From Promethearchaeota archaeon (GTDB lineage Archaea > Asgardarchaeota > Lokiarchaeia > Sigyniarchaeales > SOKP01): a stretch of DNA of 64,000 bases. The position numbers and the translations under genes are program-made. This document shows, one piece after another, positions 21,004 through 31,270 of this stretch. The stretch spans positions 96,001-160,000 of the forward strand of contig JBHLMQ010000003.1 in the NCBI GenBank assembly GCA_048938005.1, written 5' to 3'. The notes under the pieces were generated by a model that made no database searches, had not been told where the DNA came from, and was given only the letters and a program-made list of their open reading frames with translations. Positions within the stretch are counted from its first letter, which is position 1. Every line of letters begins with the position of its first letter.

Positions 21004-21858
21004 TTATATTTCAATCAAAGTCATTTTTCTTTTGTTAAAATGGGCTAATTGATTGTATCCTATTCTTCTTAACATAACAATTATTTTTTTGAATTCCCAA
21101 GCAATATAAACAGGATTATGAGCATCAGATCCTAGCAAGATTGGAATATCAAGAGAATACATCTCCTTTATGATTTCCTTACTTGGATATTGCTCATTAC
21201 AGTCCTTCCTCAACCCTCCTGTATTAATTTCCATAGCGATATTTCTTTTTCTTTTAATGAGTTCTAAGGTTTTCATTGCTTCATTGAATATTATTTCTTT
21301 ATTATTAGGAATATCATTAAATTTCTTGGGTAAATCGAAATGTGCAATGATATCAAAATTAAATCTGGGTGTTCTTACCATTTTTTGGAGTTTTTGATAA
21401 TAAAACATATATACTTTATCTGCTCCATAATACTCATAATCATTTCTAAACCTAGAATCATCAAAACCCCAAGCTCCTTTTCCATCAAAAAAATTTAAAA
21501 TATGTATTGAGCCCAATATAAAATCCAATCTACTTATAATTGGTTTTAGATGATTATTTAATGTAGACTCTTGATTTTTGAGGTAATCTATTTCAAAACC
21601 AATCCGAATTGTAATATCCTCTTTATACTTCTCTCTTAATTTTTCTGTTGTAGATAAATAATTTTCAATTTCATGTAGAGTTATAGCATATTCCTGATGG
21701 GGAATCCTCTCAATTTTCTTCAGAAATTCATAGGGAAAATGATCACTTATCCCTATTGTTTTAAGTTCAAGTTCAATAGCTTTTTTAATATAATCTTCAA
21801 TTGAGCCAATAGCATGATGGCATTGTTGATTATGAGTGTGCCAGTCCTCAAGTATCAT
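21004..21858 (-). CDS. PHP-family histidinol-phosphatase (HisJ/HisK type)
   Basis: DWHTH, ISDH, GSIH, AHFDLPK, EINTGG, GSDAH. Confidence 0.85.
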   Translation of the reverse strand: MILEDWHTHNQQCHHAIGSIEDYIKKAIELELKTIGISDHFPYEFLKKIERIPHQEYAITLHEIENYLSTTEKLREKYKEDITIRIGFEIDYLKNQESTLNNHLKPIISRLDFILGSIHILNFFDGKGAWGFDDSRFRNDYEYYGADKVYMFYYQKLQKMVRTPRFNFDIIAHFDLPKKFNDIPNNKEIIFNEAMKTLELIKRKRNIAMEINTGGLRKDCNEQYPSKEIIKEMYSLDIPILLGSDAHNPVYIAWEFKKIIVMLRRIGYNQLAHFNKRKMTLIEI

Positions 21859-21955
21859 TTATTATACGACCAAGATTTTTTATACCATTGCTTAATTTTA
21901 ACAATTAAATAAGAAAGATAAAATTTATGATTACTTTATATTAGCTGATTTTTTC

Positions 21956-22765
21956 TTGGAATTTAAAAAAAAACAGTTTGATGGACCTTATGAAGTTGCC
22001 TCTCTTGATATTTATGTTGAAGATGAGTTATTCAAGGGGTTGCTTTATTATCCCCCCATATCTTTTCAAAAACCCTATCCTGTAATAATATATTTTCATG
22101 GATTTCCGCAACTATTTCCTCTACAAGAGATTGTAAGAAGTTATCATTATCTTTTGGATATTGGTTATGCTTTCATCACATTTAATTTTAGGGGTTATAG
22201 ATATAGTGAAGGAGAGGTTTCGATAAAATCTCAAGTAGCAGACGCATACAAAATTATTGATTTTATTAATTCCATGGCTAAAAATGATATCTTTAATTTA
22301 ACCAACGTTAACATTATTGGTCATGATTTTGGTGCATATATTGCGCTGATTCTTTGTTCTCAAATTAACTGTATTACTAAATTGTTATTAATTACTCCAA
22401 TTATAGATGTAAAAAAACATATACATGACGATAATTTCTCTCAAGTATTAAATTATATAAATCGATTTCTCCCTGGTAATGTAAAGGGGATTAGCAATAT
22501 TAATGAATTTATTAATTTAATTAAGATGGAATTGTCTCAGAAAAAATATCAAATTAGATATTTTATAAACCATCTAACAATCAAAAAATTAAAAATTGTG
22601 ATTGGAAATGTAGATAAAATTACACCTATTTCTGCAGTAGAAGAAGTAATGCATAACTCAAACATCGATTATGAACTGGCATTGATAGAAAATATGGATC
22701 ATGATATCATTTATGAAGAAGATTTATTAAAAATAAAAAAAGAAATAAGGAAATTTTTTGAATAA
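21956..22765 (+). CDS. Alpha/beta hydrolase with Asp at the nucleophile elbow (GHDFG)
   Basis: YFHGFP, FNFRGYRYSEG, GHDFGA, DKIT, MDH. Confidence 0.75.
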   Translation: MEFKKKQFDGPYEVASLDIYVEDELFKGLLYYPPISFQKPYPVIIYFHGFPQLFPLQEIVRSYHYLLDIGYAFITFNFRGYRYSEGEVSIKSQVADAYKIIDFINSMAKNDIFNLTNVNIIGHDFGAYIALILCSQINCITKLLLITPIIDVKKHIHDDNFSQVLNYINRFLPGNVKGISNINEFINLIKMELSQKKYQIRYFINHLTIKKLKIVIGNVDKITPISAVEEVMHNSNIDYELALIENMDHDIIYEEDLLKIKKEIRKFFE

Positions 22766-22839
22766 AAATCGTGAAAACGATGAAAATATTAAAACAATTA
22801 ACGCTAATGAGCATGTTCCAGAAATCTAAACTTTTTACT

Positions 22840-23490
22840 TTATTCTATATATTTTTTAATATATCGTTGTACTTCACTTGTAGGTTGAAAAATCCCGAAA
22901 TGTCCCTCACATAAAATATCTGCGTTCAAATCTAAAAGTTTTCGTAAAGAACTTTGATAATCTCCAAAATTACTAACACCGGGTATTATAGGGCCATGAA
23001 TATCCTGTCCAAATAATATCTTCTTATTATCTTCAGTCTCGATTAAAATAGAGATAGAACCAGGAGTATGGCCGGGAGTATGGATACATTGAAACTCATA
23101 AATTCCAAATTTTAAGATTTCAAAATCTCCTTTTAATCTTTTCTGAAGTTTAACTGGTTTATAATTTACTCCGTACCACATAGCTGCTGTTTCTCTATCA
23201 TGTCCTTTCTCTTCTATTGCATCTGCATCCAATTCATGAGCGTAAAACTTTACGTTTTTGTTAAATTGTTTAAAATCATAACAAGCACCAATATGATCTA
23301 TATGGAAATGAGTGATAATACAATGTTTTATTTCCATTGGATTTAAATTAAGTTTACTGATCTTTTTTATCATTTCAAGACTCATTCCGCAATCTATTAA
23401 AATAAGACCATCTGCGCTATGGGTATTAACTAGAAAAACAGAACATCCACTGTCGCCAATATGGTATACATTCTTATAAATTTCCCTCAT
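22840..23490 (-). CDS. Metallo-beta-lactamase-fold hydrolase
   Basis: THFHIDH, TPGHTPGS, GQD, EGH. Confidence 0.85.
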   Translation of the reverse strand: MREIYKNVYHIGDSGCSVFLVNTHSADGLILIDCGMSLEMIKKISKLNLNPMEIKHCIITHFHIDHIGACYDFKQFNKNVKFYAHELDADAIEEKGHDRETAAMWYGVNYKPVKLQKRLKGDFEILKFGIYEFQCIHTPGHTPGSISILIETEDNKKILFGQDIHGPIIPGVSNFGDYQSSLRKLLDLNADILCEGHFGIFQPTSEVQRYIKKYIE

Positions 23491-23538
23491 TTTTTACTCG
23501 ATTATTTGTTATCGTAATTATACATTAAAATTTTTTAT

Positions 23539-24270
23539 TTATTTAAAATGTTCCATTATTAGATTTAGAAGTGTATCTGGATAATCTGTATAAATTGCTT
23601 GTACAATTTGGCCCTTATAGCCTAAATTTAATACTTTTTGCATATTGGTTTTGGTGTTAACTCCCCAAATGTAGCATTTAAAATCATTATCAATTACCAT
23701 TTTAAATAAGTCTTTAATATATCCTGAACACTTCAAGTTTATTCCACATACATTAATTTTTCTCAATTTATCCACATTTAAAGCGTTATCTCTAAATGTA
23801 TTGATAATATCTGTTGAAGTGTAAATAAGTTTAACATCGTTATTTTGTTTCCTTAATAGAGAAAGTGTTATTAATCGTCTATCTGTAATTTCTATTTGAT
23901 TGAGAAGTGAATATTTTTCAGCTAGATTCAAAAGCTCTAACCCTACTTGTTTATTTGAAATATCAAAACTATATCGCAAATCATAAGAACTATTCTTAAA
24001 AATTTGAAAGACCTCTTCAACTAGGGGAATTTTACGCCTATCTTTAAATTGAATTCCCTGAATGTCTTTAAATGTTAAATCACTTATAGCATTGTATCCT
24101 GTTCCTATTTTAACATAAGGATCATGAAAACATATTAATTTATTATCTTTAGTAATTTGTATATCTGTTTCAATTCCTACTCCCATACTTACTGCTTTTT
24201 TAAAAGATGGAATTGTATTTTCAATTTCATATCCTGAGGCTCCTCGATGTGCAAAAACATATGGTTTCAT
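23539..24270 (-). CDS. Glycerophosphodiester phosphodiesterase family protein
   Basis: AHRGAS..ENT, IETDIQITKD, FHD, TDYP. Confidence 0.85.
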   Translation of the reverse strand: MKPYVFAHRGASGYEIENTIPSFKKAVSMGVGIETDIQITKDNKLICFHDPYVKIGTGYNAISDLTFKDIQGIQFKDRRKIPLVEEVFQIFKNSSYDLRYSFDISNKQVGLELLNLAEKYSLLNQIEITDRRLITLSLLRKQNNDVKLIYTSTDIINTFRDNALNVDKLRKINVCGINLKCSGYIKDLFKMVIDNDFKCYIWGVNTKTNMQKVLNLGYKGQIVQAIYTDYPDTLLNLIMEHFK

Positions 24271-24367
24271 TTTTCAAGAAAAACAGCATTTTTTATGCAA
24301 AAATATGAAAAAAATACTTTTTATAGAAATTTAAATTACTAATATTACTTAATATTTACTCAAGATT

Positions 24368-25195
24368 TTGGTTGATATGGTACAAGAGAATAGTGATAAG
24401 CAAATAGATGATAATCCACCATTTTCGGTAAAATTAAAAAATTACTTCAAAAATTTGATTGATTTTTCTCATTATAACACCAAAACTATAATATATATTA
24501 TTATCTTTGCTGCTTTAATCATCTTTTCGATAGCTTTATTTATTTACAACTATTTTGTTGATCCTACTTTTCTTTATTCAGTAATTGTTAATTTCTTCGT
24601 CAATCCTATACTAGCAATAGGAGTTTGGGGGATTTTCTTATTTATTGGGATAATGGCAATCCAAGGTTTAATAATCCCTATTCCTTCTGAAATTGTTCTT
24701 CTAGCCACAGGAATGATTTGGGGCATTTATTATGGAGGAATCATGGGGATCATTGGATCAGTAGCAGCAGGCATGCTTTGCTTTTATATTAGCAAAAAAG
24801 GTGGTCGTCCACTTGCAGAGAAATTTGTTGGAAAGAAAGCTATAAATATGGCTGATGAATTTATTGAAAAGTATGGTATATGGGCAATTCTAATCTCAAG
24901 AATGCTTCCGTTCATTGCGTTTGATCCTGTTAGTTATGCATCAGGGCTTGTGGAAATGGATACTAAGAAATATTCTATTGGAACTTTGATTGGAGCAATT
25001 CCACGTGCTTTTTTCTTCGCATGGCTCGGATCCCTTTTCGGAATCGACCCCTCCGACCCTAATATTGAAGCACAATCGGTACTTTTTAATATAATCTTCT
25101 TAATCATAGTTGGTGTTCTAGGAACAATATTCATTGTTTATTACCTTTATGGAAGATATTGGAATAAGAAAAAAAAGCTAAAAAAAGGAGATTAA
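24368..25195 (+). CDS. TVP38/TMEM64 (VTT/DedA) family membrane protein
   Basis: PIPSE, GRPLAEKF, ISRMLPFIAFD.VSY..G. Confidence 0.85.
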   Translation: MVDMVQENSDKQIDDNPPFSVKLKNYFKNLIDFSHYNTKTIIYIIIFAALIIFSIALFIYNYFVDPTFLYSVIVNFFVNPILAIGVWGIFLFIGIMAIQGLIIPIPSEIVLLATGMIWGIYYGGIMGIIGSVAAGMLCFYISKKGGRPLAEKFVGKKAINMADEFIEKYGIWAILISRMLPFIAFDPVSYASGLVEMDTKKYSIGTLIGAIPRAFFFAWLGSLFGIDPSDPNIEAQSVLFNIIFLIIVGVLGTIFIVYYLYGRYWNKKKKLKKGD

Positions 25196-25299
25196 TTCCG
25201 GATTTACTTAATATCTAGCTTCTTCTTATCTTTTTTTATCAAAATCATAATATTGTGATATTATTGATTTTTTTAATATTTGCAAAAATATAGTTCTGT

Positions 25300-25473
25300 A
25301 TGAACGAAAAAGAAAAAGATTTTGAAGAAATTTCTTCCAAGGAAAACTACGAGCTAAATTTACCAGAGTTTTTTAAAGCACTCAATAAGGCAATAAGTAC
25401 TAATAACATGCAGTCTATTTATGGGCTTTCAAAGGTATTTACTAGATATTGTTTTAAAAAATTAGATAACTAA
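25300..25473 (+). CDS. 57-aa hypothetical protein (not in the ORF track)
   Basis: Manual translation MNEKEKDFEEISSKENYELNLPEFFKALNKAISTNNMQSIYGLSKVFTRYCFKKLDN*; fills an otherwise long intergenic gap. Confidence 0.45.
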   Translation: MNEKEKDFEEISSKENYELNLPEFFKALNKAISTNNMQSIYGLSKVFTRYCFKKLDN

Positions 25474-25730
25474 GGATTTTTTCGGTTGAGTCAGAGTTAA
25501 TTACTTATTTTATTTTCTAAAGAAATATTGGAAGGAGCTAATAACAATTTATTAAGTTTTTTTATTATCTCCTTTTGAATCTTTTTGTGTACACATCACT
25601 ATTTTTTTTATGAACAAAAATTTTTTGTCCGTAATAATGATATATAAATTTTTTGGTTTGAGTAATTTTATATATCCAAAACCTATGTTTAATTTGAGGT
25701 ATTTAATATTAAGTTTAAGGAAGATTTATA

Positions 25731-25988
25731 ATGGCAACAATAAATACTAATCATAACTACGAAAAAATTCTACAAGATAACCTAAAAGATGAACTACAAT
25801 GGCTCGAAAATGAATTTATGTTTCAATTTAAAAATAAAAAGAAAAAAACAAAAGAAGATATTACTCTTGGAAATCAAATTTTAAATAATATAATTGATAG
25901 TATTAAAGCAGATAACAGTGAAGAAGTCCTTAATCTATTAGCAATAACCTTAAACAGAATTGAACATGATTTTCCAGAATTTTTTTAA
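25731..25988 (+). CDS. Small helical hypothetical protein
   Basis: 85-aa ORF with normal composition. Confidence 0.6.
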   Translation: MATINTNHNYEKILQDNLKDELQWLENEFMFQFKNKKKKTKEDITLGNQILNNIIDSIKADNSEEVLNLLAITLNRIEHDFPEFF

Positions 25989-26260
25989 TTAAATTCAATT
26001 ATTCAAAATATAGGTTCCCTCAATTTTTGTTAATATTGAACTATACAACTTTTTCTTGGAGAGCTCAATTCTTAATACTGTGTTATAATAAAATTTAAGC
26101 TTTCAATAATAGATTTAACTAATTTCTTAAAAACATAAATTATTATAAGAACAAAAACCATTAATAAGAAAGGGAAATATAATTTAAAACATAAATAAAT
26201 ATTAAATTAAGAAAAGAAATTCATCAGAACTTCATCAGAAAAATCAAATAAACTTTAATT

Positions 26261-27346
26261 ATGGAAAGAATAATTTTAACTCACTGGAATACTCAGATTG
26301 GACCTGAACCAATTATCCAATATCCACCAGAAAAACTCTTTCCAACAAAAGATCTTTTTCTAAAAATTTGGGCGAAACATGAACTAAATAAAGAAAATTC
26401 AATGATAGAATTTATACCAGAGGATGGTGAGTATAGTTATGTTTCAATAATACAAAAATTTGAAGGAGAAATCTACTTTTTAATTTTAGTCTATAGTCAA
26501 AAAGACAAGAGTGAAGACATAATTAAGGATTCCCCAGATATTTTAGCCCTGATAAGTAAGAATTTAATAGAATTAATTAACACAAATAAGATTACTCGTG
26601 CGATCTCTGAAGCATTTAATACAATAAGAGATTATTCTAAATTAGATGAGGAAGAAAATCTTATTAACTTTTTTCAAGATAGAATCAAATATACAATTCT
26701 ACAAATTCTAAGATCTGGAGTAATTTCCAAATCTAAACTCACTGATATGCTAAGGCATGATTATGGTTTCTCTACAGTAAATATTGATTTGTTATTAATT
26801 TCCTTTATTCATGAAAATTTAATAATCAAAAAAAATGTACCAGGAAGTAAAGAATGCTACTTTCTAATAAAAGATCTTTCTTGTACTAGAATTCCTCCTA
26901 AAAATTTACCTTCAGAACAAATGGAAGAAAGTATTTTAAGAAAATATAGAGAATCTTTAAAAAATTATTATTTGGATTACTATAATCTATCAGATTTTGA
27001 GAATAAAACAATAATTCAAACAGTCCTTTTTAATAAGGATGTGTTTCATCTATTAAAAACACTTAGAAAAAAAAACTTAACTGTAAATGATTGTCTGAAT
27101 CTCCTAAATAATAAAGAAGAACTCTTTAATGAACTTATAGACAAGAAATTTATTTATGAAGCAAAAGGTTTCGTATTTCTTTTCTCCGATATTCGATTTA
27201 TCAAATTTAGTCCAAATTACATCATCGAAAAGTTAGTGGAAAGATATGATAATCAAGAGATTTCATTAAATGAATATATAGCCCATTTAAAACTATTAGC
27301 AATGCAGATTGAAGAGCCTCTATCCATTGATTATGAAATTGTGTGA
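26261..27346 (+). CDS. Longin/uDENN-like domain protein with downstream wHTH-like segments
   Basis: N-terminus IILTHWNTQIGPEPIIQYP resembles the beta-strand-GP motif of NPRL2/uDENN longins; later ILQILRSGVISKSKL segment looks like a wHTH. Confidence 0.55.
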   Translation: MERIILTHWNTQIGPEPIIQYPPEKLFPTKDLFLKIWAKHELNKENSMIEFIPEDGEYSYVSIIQKFEGEIYFLILVYSQKDKSEDIIKDSPDILALISKNLIELINTNKITRAISEAFNTIRDYSKLDEEENLINFFQDRIKYTILQILRSGVISKSKLTDMLRHDYGFSTVNIDLLLISFIHENLIIKKNVPGSKECYFLIKDLSCTRIPPKNLPSEQMEESILRKYRESLKNYYLDYYNLSDFENKTIIQTVLFNKDVFHLLKTLRKKNLTVNDCLNLLNNKEELFNELIDKKFIYEAKGFVFLFSDIRFIKFSPNYIIEKLVERYDNQEISLNEYIAHLKLLAMQIEEPLSIDYEIV

Positions 27347-27467
27347 TTAATTCTGATTTTTCAATTTTTTTCTTTAAGTTAATCTTAAGAAAATAAAAAT
27401 ATATATATTAAATAATCGAATTTTATACTATTTACTTAAAATATATATTAAAGAAAAGTGATAATTT

Positions 27468-28226
27468 TTGGCACTTGAACCAGTGGATTATCTTCAGGGA
27501 AGCTTTAGTCTTATATTTGTTATAATTTCTCTCATTATCGGAATTACAATCTTATCAAAATATTTTGAATTTAAAAACCGATTATATATTTTAGTGGGAA
27601 TTTCATGGATTGGTGTAGCAATCCCTTGGATGCCAGATTCAATCTCATTTCTTATGAATCTCATTATACAAAAATCGTTGGATCCTGGGTGGTATTTCAT
27701 TATAGGAAATTGTTTTCTTCCAATAGCTTTAATAACTTGGTCAATTGCTTTTACAGATATGATCTATAGGCAAGCACAAAAAAAAATTGTTTTAATTGTG
27801 ATTATTCTTTCAATTCTTTTTGAAATTATCTTCTTTACACTGTTTTTTATAGATATAGATTTGATTGGTACAATTGATCCTGTAATCAGACCTTTCACTG
27901 CGGATTTTGGATTATTTATAATAATCTATTTAATGCTAGCTATCTTATATATGTTAGTTACTGGAGTTATTTTTGCCCAAAAATCAGTTAAATTAGAGGA
28001 TCGTGAAGTTCGATTGAAAGGGAAATTACTTAGAGCTGCATTTATTACCTTTACTGTTGCTGCTGTTTTAGATGCTAGCCTTGGAATGATATTTGAAGAT
28101 CCAGCTGATCCACTTTTAGCGGTTATGGTTGTAATTGTTAGAGTCTTGTTAATATTCAGCGCATTGGAGTTTTATGGTGGATTCTTGCTTCCTAAATGGA
28201 TGAAAGAAATTTTTATGAAAAAATAA
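27468..28226 (+). CDS. 7-TM integral membrane protein of unknown function
   Basis: Seven hydrophobic segments, no large soluble domain. Confidence 0.7.
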   Translation: MALEPVDYLQGSFSLIFVIISLIIGITILSKYFEFKNRLYILVGISWIGVAIPWMPDSISFLMNLIIQKSLDPGWYFIIGNCFLPIALITWSIAFTDMIYRQAQKKIVLIVIILSILFEIIFFTLFFIDIDLIGTIDPVIRPFTADFGLFIIIYLMLAILYMLVTGVIFAQKSVKLEDREVRLKGKLLRAAFITFTVAAVLDASLGMIFEDPADPLLAVMVVIVRVLLIFSALEFYGGFLLPKWMKEIFMKK

Positions 28227-28271
28227 AAATTTAATTTTCAATCTTAATTTTTTTTTAAAATAAAAAGTGAG

Positions 28272-28964
28272 TTAAATAGGTAATATCGAAGTGTCTGAAA
28301 TTTCTTTATCAACTGGAGCTTCTCCATCTCCATATATATGATACAACACAGTTCTTCTAGCAATCTCATAAAAACTACGATATATATCTTTTTCTTGATC
28401 GTATAATGCACAAGTTTTGTAAATTAATGGATTCCAAATAAATAAATTATGTTTAGGCTCATACCAAAGTTTTTCCTTTTTCAATATTTGAATAAAATTG
28501 TCATCATTAATTACATTTTTGAGATCTTGCTTATTCAACATAATAATAAATGGAATCTCTTTAATGAGTCTATTATTTGTTATGTTTTTTAATTCTAATA
28601 GAAATTCAATATTATCTTCAAAAAATTTTGTTTGAGAATCTACTACAAAAATTACGGCATCAGTTTGGGCATCAAGACTATTGAAGACTTTAATTCTTAA
28701 TGGAGTGAATGTTTTTTGACCTGCAACTGTATATACTCTATAATATATTTTTTTCTTCTTTGTCGATTGGAAAATACCTCTATCAAAATAAAGTGTAGCA
28801 CCACTTGCTCTATCTATTTTTTGTAACTCCCCAACAGGAACAATTTCTCTTTTACTGTCTTTTGTTAGTTTATAAAGAGTTTCCAATATGGTAGTCTTTC
28901 CGGATCCTGCCATGCCATAGTACACAATCTTCAGGTAGATATTACCGTTTTTGTATTGAACCAT
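28272..28964 (-). CDS. MglA/Arf-like small GTPase
   Basis: KIVYYGMAGSGKTT, TLYFD, YTVAGQ (MglA-type G3), NKQD. Confidence 0.85.
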   Translation of the reverse strand: MVQYKNGNIYLKIVYYGMAGSGKTTILETLYKLTKDSKREIVPVGELQKIDRASGATLYFDRGIFQSTKKKKIYYRVYTVAGQKTFTPLRIKVFNSLDAQTDAVIFVVDSQTKFFEDNIEFLLELKNITNNRLIKEIPFIIMLNKQDLKNVINDDNFIQILKKEKLWYEPKHNLFIWNPLIYKTCALYDQEKDIYRSFYEIARRTVLYHIYGDGEAPVDKEISDTSILPI

Positions 28965-29262
28965 CAGAAACCACCATGTTATATAAGGAAATGTATTGAT
29001 TTTATAGAATAATTAACATTTATTAGATTTTTTGTTTCTCTTATCATATTTCTTTAAGGAATTCTTTAAAAAATATTTTTTCAATTCGCGTTTAATTTCA
29101 AAACTCTAATAATTATAATTGGATTAAATATAAAAAATTACAAAATTAAAGATTTTGCTTTGTAAAATTATTTTTATAAATACAATAATTTTTTTACTAT
29201 GAATTATGATTCTCTCATAGAAACAGAAAATATCAAATAATAAGCGATAAACAAACGAAATC

Positions 29263-29781
29263 ATGGATGAATATACAGACTCAAACTGGAATTGGGATTT
29301 TTATAAAGAACTTGTAGATGACGTAGATGAAAATAAAAACATAATTCAATGTATATCTTGCGGGAAATGTGTTGGAGATTGTCCTGCCAAAAAAATCTCC
29401 AATTTTAATATAAGAAAAATAATTAGAAAAGTTCTTCGAGGAGATAAGAGCGTTTTAAAAGATTCTGATATCTGGTATTGTTATCTGTGTGAACGCTGTA
29501 AACGTGTGTGTCCAAAAGATAATATCAATATCCCCTTATTAATTATAAATTTAAGAAATGAAAGTTTTAAAAAAGGTTTTGGACCTCGTTATAATGATTT
29601 AAGAAAATATGTTGAAATGTCCGAAAGATTTTTAACTAACGGTACTGTATTGGAAGATCCTTTAGATGGAGGTTTACCACGAGAACGTATGAAAGAATTA
29701 AATGAAATTTGCAATTTTGCAAGAATAAAATATGTATTTAAAGCAAGTAAACATAAAAAAAAAAATAAAAAGAATAAATAG
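29263..29781 (+). CDS. hdrC: Heterodisulfide reductase subunit C-like 4Fe-4S protein
   Basis: CISCGKCVGDCP and IWYCYLCERCKRVCP; adjacent to hdrB. Confidence 0.8.
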   Translation: MDEYTDSNWNWDFYKELVDDVDENKNIIQCISCGKCVGDCPAKKISNFNIRKIIRKVLRGDKSVLKDSDIWYCYLCERCKRVCPKDNINIPLLIINLRNESFKKGFGPRYNDLRKYVEMSERFLTNGTVLEDPLDGGLPRERMKELNEICNFARIKYVFKASKHKKKNKKNK

Positions 29782-29818
29782 CAATAAATACCAACCAATT
29801 TACGTAAATTAAATAATA

Positions 29819-30832
29819 ATGGATGGTCAAAATTTAGTTTTAGATTTAGAAAAAATTGAGAAAGAATACCCTGAAAATCCTTTAGAATTTTTTAGGGGTA
29901 AAAGATTGTGTTTATTTAAAGCTTGTTTAGAGAAATATTTTCCCGGAGTCAGATGGGGCATTCAAGAATTATTAGAAGATTTAGATTTAGAAGTTACTAC
30001 TTGTAAGAATCAATCCTGTTGTAGTGGAACGTTTTTTCAACGAAATTTAATTACAAGAGCGCAATTTGTAGCTATTAATGAAAGAAATCTTAACGAAATG
30101 AATCGACAGGCAGATATTGTTTTGTTTAGTTGCAATGGATGTTATAATTCCATTTTGAGAGGTCGAGATTTTTTAAAAATCCCAGAAATAATTAAAAAAA
30201 CACAAGCTATTTTAAATAGTTTAAAAAATAAAGAGTTTGGGGAAAATTATCCTGGAAAATATGACATTTTAGATAATCCAAAAATTAAAGTCATACACGA
30301 CTTAGACTTTTTATATTTAATAAGGAATGATGTTCTTAATTCTTTAAAATTTGATTTAAAGGGCCTTAAAGTAGCTGCCCACTATGGCTGTCATTATTTA
30401 AATTTGGAGAGAGATAAAAAAACAGCTGAAAGTTACTTAAGGGATAAAACCAAGTTAGATGATTTTATATCGCTATTTGGTGGCATTCCTGTAGAATATC
30501 AAGAAAAAGAAGAATGTTGTGGATGGGGTGCATCTCAAGTTGTACTACATCCAAATGAAGCTTTAAAAGGTACATATAAAAAACTTAAAAGTGCTGAAAA
30601 TGCTGGAGCAGATTTTTTATTAATGCCTTGTCCAACTTGCTTATATACACTTAGTAAACCGGAATTTAGGAATGAGATAAATGTTTTATTTGGCGAAAAG
30701 ATGGATATTCCAACTATTCACCTGAATGAGTTAATAGCTATATTACGAGGCTGCGAAGAAGAACGATGTATTACTCTTAGACGAAAAACTCCTCGCATTG
30801 ATGAGATTTTTGAAATCATAACTAAGGAATAG
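29819..30832 (+). CDS. hdrB: Heterodisulfide reductase subunit B-like (CCG domains)
   Basis: SCCSG...CNGC, HYGCH, ECCG...CPTC. Confidence 0.8.
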   Translation: MDGQNLVLDLEKIEKEYPENPLEFFRGKRLCLFKACLEKYFPGVRWGIQELLEDLDLEVTTCKNQSCCSGTFFQRNLITRAQFVAINERNLNEMNRQADIVLFSCNGCYNSILRGRDFLKIPEIIKKTQAILNSLKNKEFGENYPGKYDILDNPKIKVIHDLDFLYLIRNDVLNSLKFDLKGLKVAAHYGCHYLNLERDKKTAESYLRDKTKLDDFISLFGGIPVEYQEKEECCGWGASQVVLHPNEALKGTYKKLKSAENAGADFLLMPCPTCLYTLSKPEFRNEINVLFGEKMDIPTIHLNELIAILRGCEEERCITLRRKTPRIDEIFEIITKE

Positions 30833-30871
30833 AAAAAATATGAAATTTCATATTTTAAAACTATAGTTATA

Positions 30872-31267
30872 TTACATTTCTTCAATCGCAAATCTCGGGC
30901 AACTATTTACGCATAAAAAACAACCAATACATTTCTCGTATGAAAATTCTAACCTTTCTTCTTCATTGAAATGCAGAGCATCAGTTGGACATAAAGAAAG
31001 GCATGCTCCACAATCAATACATTTTTCAATTTCAACCATTACTCGGCCTTTCTTATTTACAATTATATTACTTTCAGTAAGTGATTCCGTAATAGTTTTT
31101 ACCTTTTCTTCTGGTATATCTAATAATAAGTTTATTCCTGCTAAACCGGTTGAAAATTTTAAAATGTTAAAAGTAATATTATATTTTAGAATCTGATTGA
31201 CAATTTTCGAATAATCACCAATATCTTTTACTAAACCAAAAGGGATTGAAACGTTTATTATAGTCAT
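30872..31267 (-). CDS. NIL-domain ferredoxin, partner of the DUF39 homocysteine biosynthesis enzyme
   Basis: N-terminal NIL-like domain (FNIL) and two CxxCxxCxxxCP motifs; directly downstream of the DUF39 gene. Confidence 0.85.
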   Translation of the reverse strand: MTIINVSIPFGLVKDIGDYSKIVNQILKYNITFNILKFSTGLAGINLLLDIPEEKVKTITESLTESNIIVNKKGRVMVEIEKCIDCGACLSLCPTDALHFNEEERLEFSYEKCIGCFLCVNSCPRFAIEEM

Positions 31268-31270
31268 TTC

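Noticed and set aside
25026-25059. GC-rich patch in the TVP38 gene with UCGG/CCGA pairing that could bound a 27-nt in-frame intron
   Set aside because: No inner stem next to the helix, the second bulge would be CCC, and the ORF is intact with a plausible loop (GIDPSDP); worth rechecking only if orthologs lack these 9 aa.
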